From the IMG/VR virus record IMGVR_UViG_3300006198_000004: a DNA stretch of 57,494 nt; one strand, written 5' to 3'. Shown here piece after piece: positions 15,955 to 25,100 of the stretch. The notes below the pieces were generated by a model that was not told the DNA's origin, did no database searches, and worked only from the letters and a program-made list of their open reading frames with translations. Each line of letters begins with the position of its first letter. Position 1 is the first letter of the stretch. Source of the DNA: a virus. A program made the translations under genes and the position numbers.

Positions 15955-16097
15955 TTTCGGTTGAAATTCCAAAATCCCCGCGCCTCTTTCGGGGCTAACG
16001 GGGATTGGGTTGCAACACCGATTACAAGAATCGGATGTGCAAAGTTAGCTCTATTTTTTGAAACGCGCAAGCTCATTGTTTATTTTGTCAATGGAGC

Positions 16098-16132
16098 AAA
16101 AAAATAAGGGGCAACCTCACGGCTACCCCTTA
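16098..16132 (-). terminator. Rho-independent terminator ending the late/lysis operon
   Basis: On the minus strand, the stem TAAGGGG/CCCCTTA is followed by ATTTTTTTT. It lies 33 nt after the stop at 16165. Confidence 0.7.
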
Positions 16133-16164
16133 CCTCTAACTATAATAGTTACTACAAGAAAATG

Positions 16165-16752
16165 CTATTTCAATTCGATGTATTCCGTGTAGGTTATTTT
16201 GGTGTGAGGATTGGAGCTTACTATTTCCTGCCGTATAGCCTTTGTACCCCACTTGATAAACCAAAACTTTTTCGGGACCCGGTGAACAATCTGCGTGATT
16301 GTATCGCACGAAACAACATCAAGAGCTGCGCTATCACCTCGTATCTCTCCAGCAACAGTTACCCACGGGTCCTGCCAGCGCAACACCTTGAGGCTATCCA
16401 TAACGCCCTCACGGTAAACAATGCTGTCTCGGACTTGGGTAATCACTTTGACCTCGGTCTGCGTTGCAGTCGTGGCAGCCGATTGGAGGCGTTTGACTTT
16501 TACCCCCAGCTCGTCAGCCGTCCGGCACACATGGTTGTAGTGGTCTTGAAGCTCGGAGTAGTCGAGAGTGAGTTTTTGAACCGATGCGGCCGATTTGCCG
16601 GCCTCCGTTTCGTAGTAGTCGGCTCTATCCATTAAAGCCGTAGCGTTGGCGGTCAGACGCTCATTTTCGCTCGTGAGCTTTTTGTTGGCAGCCCACAAAG
16701 AGAGAATGATAACGCCCAGCCCCAGCAATACAAGATAAACCCAATTTTTCAT
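16165..16752 (-). CDS. Membrane-anchored coiled-coil lysis-associated protein (spanin-like)
   Basis: It has an N-terminal TM helix (VYLVLLGLGVIILSLW) followed by a coiled coil. An ATGA overlap joins it to the amidase gene. Confidence 0.55.
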   Translation of the reverse strand: MKNWVYLVLLGLGVIILSLWAANKKLTSENERLTANATALMDRADYYETEAGKSAASVQKLTLDYSELQDHYNHVCRTADELGVKVKRLQSAATTATQTEVKVITQVRDSIVYREGVMDSLKVLRWQDPWVTVAGEIRGDSAALDVVSCDTITQIVHRVPKKFWFIKWGTKAIRQEIVSSNPHTKITYTEYIELK

Positions 16753-17342
16753 TTGTAGGTCTGGTCTATGTAGTTGATGATAGCCTTGACGTGGAGCATG
16801 GCGATTGTCTGTTTGCCGTTCTCGGTCAAAAGATAGTCAACCTCGCCTTTGTTGTCTTGGAAAAGATTTTCAGTGAGGACAGCCGGGCAATTTGTATCTC
16901 GGCATATAGCCCAGTTGCCTACCCAGTATTTTTCAGCCGGAACACACCGATTGCCTTGTAGCTCGGCTCGTTCAGCCTCCTTGTATAGACATTGAGCCAG
17001 ACGCTTTGAGTTGGAGCTTGCGTTGGGAGCGACCCAGCCACTCCAGCCTGTCGCATTATGCCACTTGCCATCGGAGCCAGCGGCATTGTTGTGTACGGAG
17101 ATGCAAAGGCAATTCTTGGAGCCGTAGCGTTTGCAGTAGTCGTTTACCCTACGCACTCGCTCCTTGAGGGGTATGTCTTTGGTTTCGGGAGTTATCAGAA
17201 CGGCATCATACCCCATGCCTTTTAATATATTCACGATACGGGCCGCAACGTCCCGGCACCACTCATATTCTTTCAGTCGGCCATCGGGGGAACACTTGCC
17301 CTTAGTGTCGAAGCCGTGGCCGTTGTCTATTAAGATTTTCAT
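16749..17342 (-). CDS. N-acetylmuramoyl-L-alanine amidase (endolysin)
   Basis: The Amidase_3-like motifs ILIDNGHG...E...SVHNNA are present. Confidence 0.85.
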   Translation of the reverse strand: MKILIDNGHGFDTKGKCSPDGRLKEYEWCRDVAARIVNILKGMGYDAVLITPETKDIPLKERVRRVNDYCKRYGSKNCLCISVHNNAAGSDGKWHNATGWSGWVAPNASSNSKRLAQCLYKEAERAELQGNRCVPAEKYWVGNWAICRDTNCPAVLTENLFQDNKGEVDYLLTENGKQTIAMLHVKAIINYIDQTYK

Positions 17343-17938
17343 TCGTCATTCATTCTATGGTAGAAATCAATTTTAATTCTCTCATATACGGCTTGCACGT
17401 TGGTGTAGGCGCGTCCGTGGTTTACCGTTTCGTTGTAAACCTCATGCTCCACAACCTCGGCCACCCATTCTATCCAATCGTGGTTAATGTAAGAGGATAG
17501 TTTCTTACCTCGGTAGTTGAAACAGTCAAAGCGACTGTTCCTGTCCTCATGGATATTCTGGATAAGGGTGTGGATTTTGCCTCTTGTCGCGTCCTTATCT
17601 ACAATGTGGTTTTCCTCGCGCACTTTTTTAATAATGCGACACACTTTTTCAATAGCAAGGTCAAAGAAAACCCCGGTGGTATGCTTTATGCGTAGCTGCG
17701 TTTCCGGGCGCAAGCCCTCGGATATGTCGGTGAGCATATCGTTTTGTTTCCGGGTTTCAACAAGCAGGTCATTAACCATTTTGTTGTTGCCCTTAATCAT
17801 GCCGTCTATAATAGACTTGAACCAGCGGAAACAAGCTACCCACAACAATGCAGTCAGTATAAGGAAAAAGGCGGCGGTAACGGCCATCATTCCTACATCG
17901 CCTATATTCTTGGCGATTACGTCAACTTCTTGTGTCAT
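17339..17938 (-). CDS. Membrane protein, possible holin or lysis regulator
   Basis: It has a single N-terminal TM helix (MMAVTAAFFLILTALLWVACF) and lies directly upstream of the endolysin. Confidence 0.4.
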   Translation of the reverse strand: MTQEVDVIAKNIGDVGMMAVTAAFFLILTALLWVACFRWFKSIIDGMIKGNNKMVNDLLVETRKQNDMLTDISEGLRPETQLRIKHTTGVFFDLAIEKVCRIIKKVREENHIVDKDATRGKIHTLIQNIHEDRNSRFDCFNYRGKKLSSYINHDWIEWVAEVVEHEVYNETVNHGRAYTNVQAVYERIKIDFYHRMNDE

Positions 17939-18351
17939 CGGTTTCTCTTTTTACCACGTTTGTAGAAAGCGAAATTATCCTTGTCGGCCTGCGTTATCTC
18001 GGTCTTGGGAGAGAACACATTAAAGCCAAACATATTGCCGTAGCTTACCACCTTGATAACGGCACGGAAAGGGAATTTGCGATTTGGGTTGCAAAACACA
18101 TTCCGCAACTTTTTACTGTCGGTGAAAAACGCGGATTTGGCCGCACCCTCACCATAAGCTACAAGCAAGCGGTCTCCATTCTCGGTTGCGCGAGTGGTAC
18201 ACCCGGTAAACACAGTGATTTGGTTAACCACTGCGTCTATCGGGGTGTAGTCGCAATCGAAAAGGTCGGAGCTTGTTACAGATTCGTCCTCAACGAAATC
18301 CTCTATTTCCTCATCTATCATAAGTCCATAGGGATATTGAGAGTGGCACAA
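17935..18351 (-). CDS. Hypothetical protein
   Basis: The ORF is in the operon. I recognise no motif. Confidence 0.45.
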   Translation of the reverse strand: MCHSQYPYGLMIDEEIEDFVEDESVTSSDLFDCDYTPIDAVVNQITVFTGCTTRATENGDRLLVAYGEGAAKSAFFTDSKKLRNVFCNPNRKFPFRAVIKVVSYGNMFGFNVFSPKTEITQADKDNFAFYKRGKKRNR

Positions 18352-18788
18352 TCGCTATCCACCATATTGCGGATAGCCAGACGGTCGCGCAAAAAGTCCT
18401 CGTAGGGCTTCTTGTATTCTTTGGGTAGCAGACCCAGCACTGCGCTCTGATACTCGTTCACCAGCTTGCTCTCGGTGTTGGCCGAGTACTTGGCAGATAG
18501 CAGGGTGCTGAAAATGTTGTCTGCGGTCGTGGGATATTCCACACGGAGGCTGTCGTACTGGAACATCTTGCCTGTTGCAGTCTCCGGGTCGGTGGCGATT
18601 GTTACGCCGCCCATGTCATCCTTGACAACATCAACCTCTACGATGTTGTGGTTGTAGAGTACGGTACCTTGCCCGTTGTTATACGGGTCAATTACCTGCG
18701 GCCGTGTTTCCGATAGCAGCCCGATTGATAAAATACTTTTTTCCATTTTGAATAACGGTGTTAAAGATGTTTTCTTTATGTTGCTCAC
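18318..18788 (-). CDS. Hypothetical protein (start uncertain; overlaps the RT 3' end)
   Basis: The ORF is in the operon, with an alternative ATG at 18746. It does not resemble a helical-bundle Avd. Confidence 0.4.
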   Translation of the reverse strand: MSNIKKTSLTPLFKMEKSILSIGLLSETRPQVIDPYNNGQGTVLYNHNIVEVDVVKDDMGGVTIATDPETATGKMFQYDSLRVEYPTTADNIFSTLLSAKYSANTESKLVNEYQSAVLGLLPKEYKKPYEDFLRDRLAIRNMVDSDCATLNIPMDL

Positions 18789-19911
18789 TACACCTTAAAG
18801 CCCACCCGTATTCCGAGGGGAATAGATGTTTAATGTCTTGTTGGTCGCGGATAGGGTTGTTGCGGGCCACCTTGATTGATTTCTTGTAGAATCTCAAAAG
18901 TATGCTCTTACGCATCAACACGCCATAGTGGTTTTGCTTGAACCCCACATAGTCAATGCTCCTATCATCAACCGGGAAAATCTGCCAAGTGTGCTTAAAC
19001 TCCACTTTTAGCTCCGCAGCCAGATATAGCCCCGCCATGTCGAGAACGAAATGCAGTGCAACCGAGCTTTCAGCCAGAAACACCATATCATCCATGTAGC
19101 GGAAATAATAGAGCTTGCATCCGAATTTGAGCCTTACCAACGCCGCCAATTCCTCAACAACCCAGTGGTCGAAATATGCGAAATAGAGATTGGCTAAGTA
19201 TTGGCTGGTGTAGTTGCCTATTGGCAGACCTTTTTCTTTACCGTTGCTATCTATAATCTTATCTAACAGCCTTAAAAGTTGTTCATCCGCAATGGTTATG
19301 CGGATTATGAGCTTGAGGGCGGCGTGGTCTATATTGTCGTAGCATTTTTTAATATCGGTCTTGAGGCACATTCTCGTACCTCGTTTGTCGCGTTTTAGAG
19401 CGTGGCGCACGTCAAGCATACATTTGTGAGTGCCTCGGCCCTTGATACATGAATAGGTATGCTCAATAAATATGTGGGTCCAGTGCTGCCCCAGCACGTT
19501 TATGATGCAATGGTGAATAATCCTATCTGGAAAGAACGGAGCAATCATAATGTCGCGCTCTTTCGGGTCATATATTTTCTTTACGCGATACTCGCCCGGC
19601 TGGTATGTTTCATACCTTAACATAGCCCATAGCGCATCCATATTCTCCAATATGTGTTCATTGAACCGCTTTATATCCGAGTGGTCGCCTTTGCCTTTCT
19701 GCGCCATATATTGAGCGCGGCAAAGATTCTCACAAGTATATAGCAGCCAATACACATTATACAGCTTTTTGGTCGGTGAACAAAAGAGTTTTCCAGTGTC
19801 CCCGATATAAAGCCCGCAATCCTCAAAGTCGGAATATTGAGGTTGATATGTATGCGTCTTTTTGCTCATTGTGCCGTTAGTCAAAAACAGAGTTTTGGAT
19901 TTCCTACTCAC
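18688..19911 (-). CDS. DGR reverse transcriptase
   Basis: It has the catalytic motif YMDDMVF (YxDD), the DGR-type motif LPIGNYTSQYLANLYF, and an adjacent TR/VR pair. Confidence 0.92.
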   Translation of the reverse strand: MSRKSKTLFLTNGTMSKKTHTYQPQYSDFEDCGLYIGDTGKLFCSPTKKLYNVYWLLYTCENLCRAQYMAQKGKGDHSDIKRFNEHILENMDALWAMLRYETYQPGEYRVKKIYDPKERDIMIAPFFPDRIIHHCIINVLGQHWTHIFIEHTYSCIKGRGTHKCMLDVRHALKRDKRGTRMCLKTDIKKCYDNIDHAALKLIIRITIADEQLLRLLDKIIDSNGKEKGLPIGNYTSQYLANLYFAYFDHWVVEELAALVRLKFGCKLYYFRYMDDMVFLAESSVALHFVLDMAGLYLAAELKVEFKHTWQIFPVDDRSIDYVGFKQNHYGVLMRKSILLRFYKKSIKVARNNPIRDQQDIKHLFPSEYGWALRCSEQHKENIFNTVIQNGKKYFINRAAIGNTAAGN

Positions 19912-19995
19912 ACTGTCTTAATCACTATTTTTTTACCAAGAGGTAAGGTGTCGGCGGTCAACAGTCTGAAATATCTTATTCAAAGAATTGAAACC

Positions 19996-20111
19996 ACGGT
20001 AAAAGCGGAACGCCCCATTCGCATTCGTCCACGAGCTACGATTGTTCGCATTCAGATAACCGAAACCCGCATTCGCGCCATTGTTCGCATTGGCAGACAG
20101 GATGGCACCCC
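19996..20111 (-). other. DGR template region (TR)
   Basis: It is homologous to VR1 and VR2. It is adenine-rich on the minus strand, with Asn AAY codons (ANANNGANAGFGYLNANNRSSWTNANG). Confidence 0.88.
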
Positions 20112-20221
20112 TGACCGCCGACACCCGTATTTCGTTTTGCGTTAATCCGTTTTATTTCATTGTATTACATATTAGTTTGACAATATTTTCGTTGCTCCGT
20201 GTTCCGTTGTTTTGCAGTCCG

Positions 20222-21586
20222 TCAAAAACGGCACAAGCGGACCGCCCCAAACGCACCCGTCCACGAGCGACGATGGGTCGCATACAGAACACCGAAACCC
20301 GCAAGCGCGCCAGAGGTCGCAAGGGCAGACAGGAGGGCACCGTACCAGCCCGAAGCATTGACACCAGCCTGCCAGAGATAATCACACAATCCTTGATTGG
20401 AGCTGGCTCCTACACTTGTGGGGAAAGTGAAACCGTCATAGGAAAAGCCGAAATTCCACTGATAGCCATCGCTACGGGGTAGGTCGGTGATAGCAACGTA
20501 GCCGTCCGGCACAGTTGTTGCGTTGTCGGCCGGGGACGTAAATTTGGTAGGGTCAGAGCAGCCATAGGCCGTTGTCTTTCCATTTTCACTATCCGGCGAA
20601 TAGTGGATAAGAACGTCATCGGCCAAGAACCACAAGTATTCATACGGGGCTTCAAGTCCACGATAAGAGTTGACTTGCACAACCTTGTCGCCGCCGGTCC
20701 AGCCTTTGATTGTATAAGACACGCGGCCCGTGTTGTTGCCGAGGGTTGCAGTCACGCCGCAGGGGATAAACGGCCTATAACCGCCCCATGTGTTCCACTG
20801 GCTGCCGTCAACAGCGGGACCACTGCCGAGGCCGCCTTGATGAAAGCCATCAGCCGTGAGCGTTTCGTTGTAGGTGTCCTGACAGTGGAGAGAAGCATAT
20901 TCGATGCGCTGGAGCCATGCAATTTCCATATAGGCACGAGCCATGCCTAAGTGAGTGCCATTCTTGCAAGCCGGCCTTGCGCCGGCCTTAGAGATTGAGG
21001 TGCGGGGCATACCGAGCTGAGAATTGTATGTGCCGTCCTTGCTTGCGTCCGAGGCACCGCTGCCGCCACGGAAATTAGTAGCGTTGGGGAGCAACGACAA
21101 AATGCCGTTTGCATCGCGCAAAAGCTCTCCGTCTGCCCCCCACTGGAGCCAGCACCCGGAAACGGCCGTATTGTTGGCAATGTCGATAGTCGCGCCCCAC
21201 GGCGATAGGGTCTTTCGGGTCATACGCACAAAGCCGGGCAGAGCATACTCGGAGATAGCCAAAGCCCACTGTGTGCCGTTCACCTCAAAGCGGGCATAGT
21301 ATTCCGGCTTTTCAAGCATTACATTTCCGTCCGTTGTGTCGAGCTTTGCGGCCGCCCCGGAATCCTTTTTACGAGAATCGTTCTGGTGGAGATAGTATTT
21401 TACCGAGCCGTCCGTGTTCTCAACAAAACGCCTCAGTTTCTTTTGGATAGGGAGTGTGCGGTGCAAGTCCATGTTGCCGATACGGGTCAGCAAATAGTCC
21501 TTGCTGGTAAAATCGCCTTGCACACCATACCACATATCGTATGGATATTGCGGCTTAGTGGAGCCGCTGCCTAAGATTAAGCCCAT
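20222..21586 (-). CDS. DGR target protein 1 (tail-fibre/receptor-binding-like, C-terminal C-type-lectin-fold VR)
   Basis: The VR lies at the extreme C-terminus (GALLSALATSGALAGFGVLYATHRRSWTGAFGAVRLCRF*). The gene is positioned after the tail tip genes. Confidence 0.8.
   Translation of the reverse strand: MGLILGSGSTKPQYPYDMWYGVQGDFTSKDYLLTRIGNMDLHRTLPIQKKLRRFVENTDGSVKYYLHQNDSRKKDSGAAAKLDTTDGNVMLEKPEYYARFEVNGTQWALAISEYALPGFVRMTRKTLSPWGATIDIANNTAVSGCWLQWGADGELLRDANGILSLLPNATNFRGGSGASDASKDGTYNSQLGMPRTSISKAGARPACKNGTHLGMARAYMEIAWLQRIEYASLHCQDTYNETLTADGFHQGGLGSGPAVDGSQWNTWGGYRPFIPCGVTATLGNNTGRVSYTIKGWTGGDKVVQVNSYRGLEAPYEYLWFLADDVLIHYSPDSENGKTTAYGCSDPTKFTSPADNATTVPDGYVAITDLPRSDGYQWNFGFSYDGFTFPTSVGASSNQGLCDYLWQAGVNASGWYGALLSALATSGALAGFGVLYATHRRSWTGAFGAVRLCRF
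20228..20341 (-). other. DGR variable region VR1 (3' end of adjacent target gene)
   Basis: My hand alignment to the TR shows about 17 differences at TR adenines and 2 at non-adenine positions. Confidence 0.85.
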
Positions 21587-21598
21587 AGCTTTACGATT

Positions 21599-21880
21599 TT
21601 AATAGGGGTTATCACTTGCACCCCAATAAATCTCATATTTGGCGGTGTCGATAGCGTTTGGGGGCAATGCCACTATCTTACCGGGAGTCCAATCACCGAC
21701 AGGCACGGGGAAATCCCCTACCTCTTTGTCGCATATAAGGCGGCATTGCACGATAGTATCATTCTCCACCACGCCCGTTTTGGAGCGCAGGTATATGGAA
21801 AATGGCAGGCTATCGCGCAAAAGAAAGCCTTTTGAAAGGTCATCTATACGACCTTTGGCGAGTATTCTTACGTCATCCAT
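21599..21880 (-). CDS. Hypothetical tail-module protein
   Basis: The ORF is in the operon. Confidence 0.45.
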   Translation of the reverse strand: MDDVRILAKGRIDDLSKGFLLRDSLPFSIYLRSKTGVVENDTIVQCRLICDKEVGDFPVPVGDWTPGKIVALPPNAIDTAKYEIYWGASDNPY

Positions 21881-21923
21881 AATTAACTGGGTTAATCTAC
21901 TGCAAAGTTAATAATAAATGCGT

Positions 21924-22154
21924 TCATAGAACACACTTTAAGGCATAAATTATAGCCACTTGGAGCATTTGCCCCACAATCCCGCCTAAAATCGTAGCTA
22001 ATATGTCGAGCCAATCCCATACGCCACCGTGCGCTTTATCCTTAAATTCCATGCCGGCGGCAAGTCCACCGACAAAGAGGATAGTGAGGAACAATGCGCA
22101 GGGGATAGCGTAGAGAAAGTGCTTGAGGCGGTTGCTTTCCGTAATCCAGCTCAT
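21924..22154 (-). CDS. Small membrane protein (two TM helices)
   Basis: There are two hydrophobic helices (FLYAIPCALFLTILFVGGLAAG; ILATILGGIVGQMLQVAIIYAL). Confidence 0.45.
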   Translation of the reverse strand: MSWITESNRLKHFLYAIPCALFLTILFVGGLAAGMEFKDKAHGGVWDWLDILATILGGIVGQMLQVAIIYALKCVL

Positions 22155-22156
22155 AG

Positions 22157-25100
22157 CTATTCGTTGTTTGTGTTAGTGTTTGAATATTTAGGGCTTCGGC
22201 TCATAGTTAACTGCTGATATTCTGATGCCGGGCACATTTTGGCGGTTACATAATTCCACCCGATTATCTCAACATTGGAATATTGAGTATCTTGCGTGAT
22301 AGTATTGGTTTTAGTAATACCACATTCGAGTGCGATAAAACTTCCTTTTGGTACTGTCACTGACTTGTGGGCCGGTACGTGGGTAAGCGTAGACGGTTTG
22401 AAATCATCAAGGCAATAGAATACAAACTCAACACTTGTGGGGGAAAAATTATAAATAATCATTCGCGTACCCACAAGGCTGCGCACATACTTTGATCCCT
22501 CTGCATCGTATGGGAATAGCACACCCGGCATACAAGGAAGCCAAAATAGATATGTGTATTGGCTTAACTTGGATAAGTTGGCACTTAGATATATCAACGG
22601 TCCAGTCTTATTCAAGTCAAGGCAATCATGCTCATCCACATAGGTGGATATATTGCTATTTGTTATTCCCGTAACAAAAGGCCGTAACCATCCGCTAAGT
22701 AGCATTTGCCCAGTGCGTCCATCAAGATACGCATTTCCACTCTCGCTTTCCAATCGCCCATTGCGGAATATCCAATTTGCGATATTAGCGTTTTCCGCCA
22801 AGAGGAATCCTGTCGCAATAGTTTCAAACTCCGCTCCAAAATCATTCCATTTGCTTGTATTGGTCGGCAATATATTTGAGAAAGAACCTGCATCAATACG
22901 CGCAATGTAATAGTGGTTATTATATTTCACCACATCAATGCGTTTGGCATTTCCGTAATATGTTTTAGAGCTATCATACACACCGCGAAAAACAAGAGCT
23001 GGCCCAACATCGCCGTCTTTACCATCTGCGCCGGGCTTGCCGTCAACACCATCGTAGGGCGTTACGCGGACGGGGGTAGTCCAGTTTGAGAGCAACGCAT
23101 TTGTCTGTCCGCTGATTTTTGCGGTCGTGAGCCAAAGATATTTCAAGCTGCCGACACTCGGCATTGCAGTAGTCCATCCACTCGGCGCACGTTCTCCGTT
23201 GTTCAAAGTCGGTGCCGCGCTCTTTGACCCGTTGACAGCATAACGATACTCGGTGTAATCGCCATTTTTGCCATCAGTGCCATTCTCGCCGTCCTTTCCG
23301 TCATTAGGGAGTACCATCCATAAAACGGGTGTGGAGAAAGCCCCCCACTTGCCATCTTTCTTTTTGCGGACACTCTCATATTCGTAACGATAGCTGGTTG
23401 TTACGCCAGAGGGGTTGTCAGTCCAGCCTTTACGCAACGCCCAATCCATGCCCATAATCCATAACGGGCGACCGGTACTCGCGACTGTTGATTGTGTAAC
23501 AGGTGCTATTGTAGTTGCCACTAAGCACTCATAATAATTGCCGTCTGCGCCAATAACGACATCGCCGACATTGTAAGATTTTCCGACAACGTGGTTTTCA
23601 GTCGTTAGCGGAGGCACGAAATCATCAACATACTCATCGCTTGCGGGAGTTGCGGGAGTTGTTTCGCTGCTCATCAAGCGATATATGCGTTCTACATCGG
23701 CCGTGTCGATTGAAAAAGGAATCGGGTCGCTCCATGCCACTACGTTATTATTGGAGCCGTCAACGGTGCCAACGGAGAGCCAGCAATTATTTACCGTTAC
23801 GATACGATAATGGCCGCAATCGCCATTTTTGCCATTGCTCTGGTCTTTTGCGTATGCGACATCAACAAAATGTGTTCCGGCGGTTGGTATTGACACATAA
23901 ACGACCTTTTTAGCATCCGGGCCGCTTATTCGGTCCAGATAGTTTGCAGTGCGTGTAAGACCCTCGGTGTCGAGTTTACCCACAAGCACAAAGTCAAAGT
24001 TGGTTTCGCTCTGCGCCCAAATTTCAATCGCAACCATCTGATTAGGTTTGGTGGTTACGATTGTAATACGGTTTTTCGTTATCTCGTTGTCGGCGATTGC
24101 CGGCGAATTATAATATCCGTTTAGTTGCGAAAAAACATTGCCATGTGTGATTTGCACATTCTCGCGGTCGGGTGTGTCGCTCCAGCCTGCTGGGGTCAAT
24201 GCGCTGCCGGTAGGCTTGCTTGGCTTTTCAAAGGAATAACGATAGACAAGGCGGTTGCTATCTCCATTTACACCATTAACGCCCTGTGCCACTACACCCC
24301 AATATACGGAATCCGTTGGCAAGTGTCCTTTTGTCGGGGTATTATGAATATAGCGATAGGTAGCGGTCGCTCCGTCCGGGGTCGTGTAGCTTACCTCGTC
24401 ATTCCGATAATAGATATAGCTTGCGTTCCATACACCACGATATACACCCAAAGGCGAAACATCGCCACTCTCGCTTACAACGCTTACGTTCTTTAAGGAT
24501 ATGCCATTGTCCCGGCTAACATTCCAGTCGATAGAGCTTGAGGCATCCCCTATACGAAATTTGTTTCCGTCCAAGTCCAGATAGCACTCACCATCGCTTG
24601 TTACGATACGACCCGTGGTAATGGTGTTGCCATTGATACGGGTAAAGCCATAGGTAGTTTGGAAATCACGGAAATTATCATCGGAGTAGAGCGTTGAGAG
24701 AATCCCCACAAGGAAATAGTAGTTGTTGGGGTCATCGGTCGGCTCAAACTTATATTGGGTCTGGGTCATTATCCATGTGCCGGTTTCTCCATTCTTGGAG
24801 CATTTGGCAAATAGATAATACCCTGCTGTGCTTGGCAACTCAAAGGCAACCGCGCCCATTTGCCATGCCCTAATTTTGTTCGGGTCAATGGTAAGGTGCG
24901 ACAATATGCCGGCTGAGGCGGCAAAGCGATTAGGATTGCCGCCATAGTTGGCTTGGAGAATTACCCCGGTTAACACAAACTGCTGGCTTTTTGAGCCAAC
25001 TGTCAACATATTAGTGTCTATCGAGTTGGGGCGTATATTGTCAGTATCGAAAAAGCCGTCAGTGTCATAAACCATGTTGCGCAAGTCCTCGGTGGTACGC

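Noticed and set aside
16162-16635. A 157-aa plus-strand ORF preceded by ACTACAAGAAAATG, a start context also seen at 40176, 40399 and 45024
   Set aside because: Its translation looks like antisense junk, hydrophobic and Arg/Ser-rich. The opposite-strand ORF has a TM helix and coiled coil and forms an ATGA overlap with the amidase gene. The shared A-rich context is probably just the preferred Bacteroidota initiation region.
18688-19911. The RT as a retron or group II intron RT
   Set aside because: An adjacent TR with two cognate VRs showing adenine-specific differences, plus the IGNxxSQ motif, fit a DGR. I saw no intron RNA domains and no msr/msd-like inverted repeats.
19933-20124. A 63-aa ORF over the TR (MSAVRGAILSANANNGANAG...)
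   Set aside because: It is the DGR template copy of the VR reading frame, not an independent gene. It has no plausible start context and ends in non-homologous sequence.
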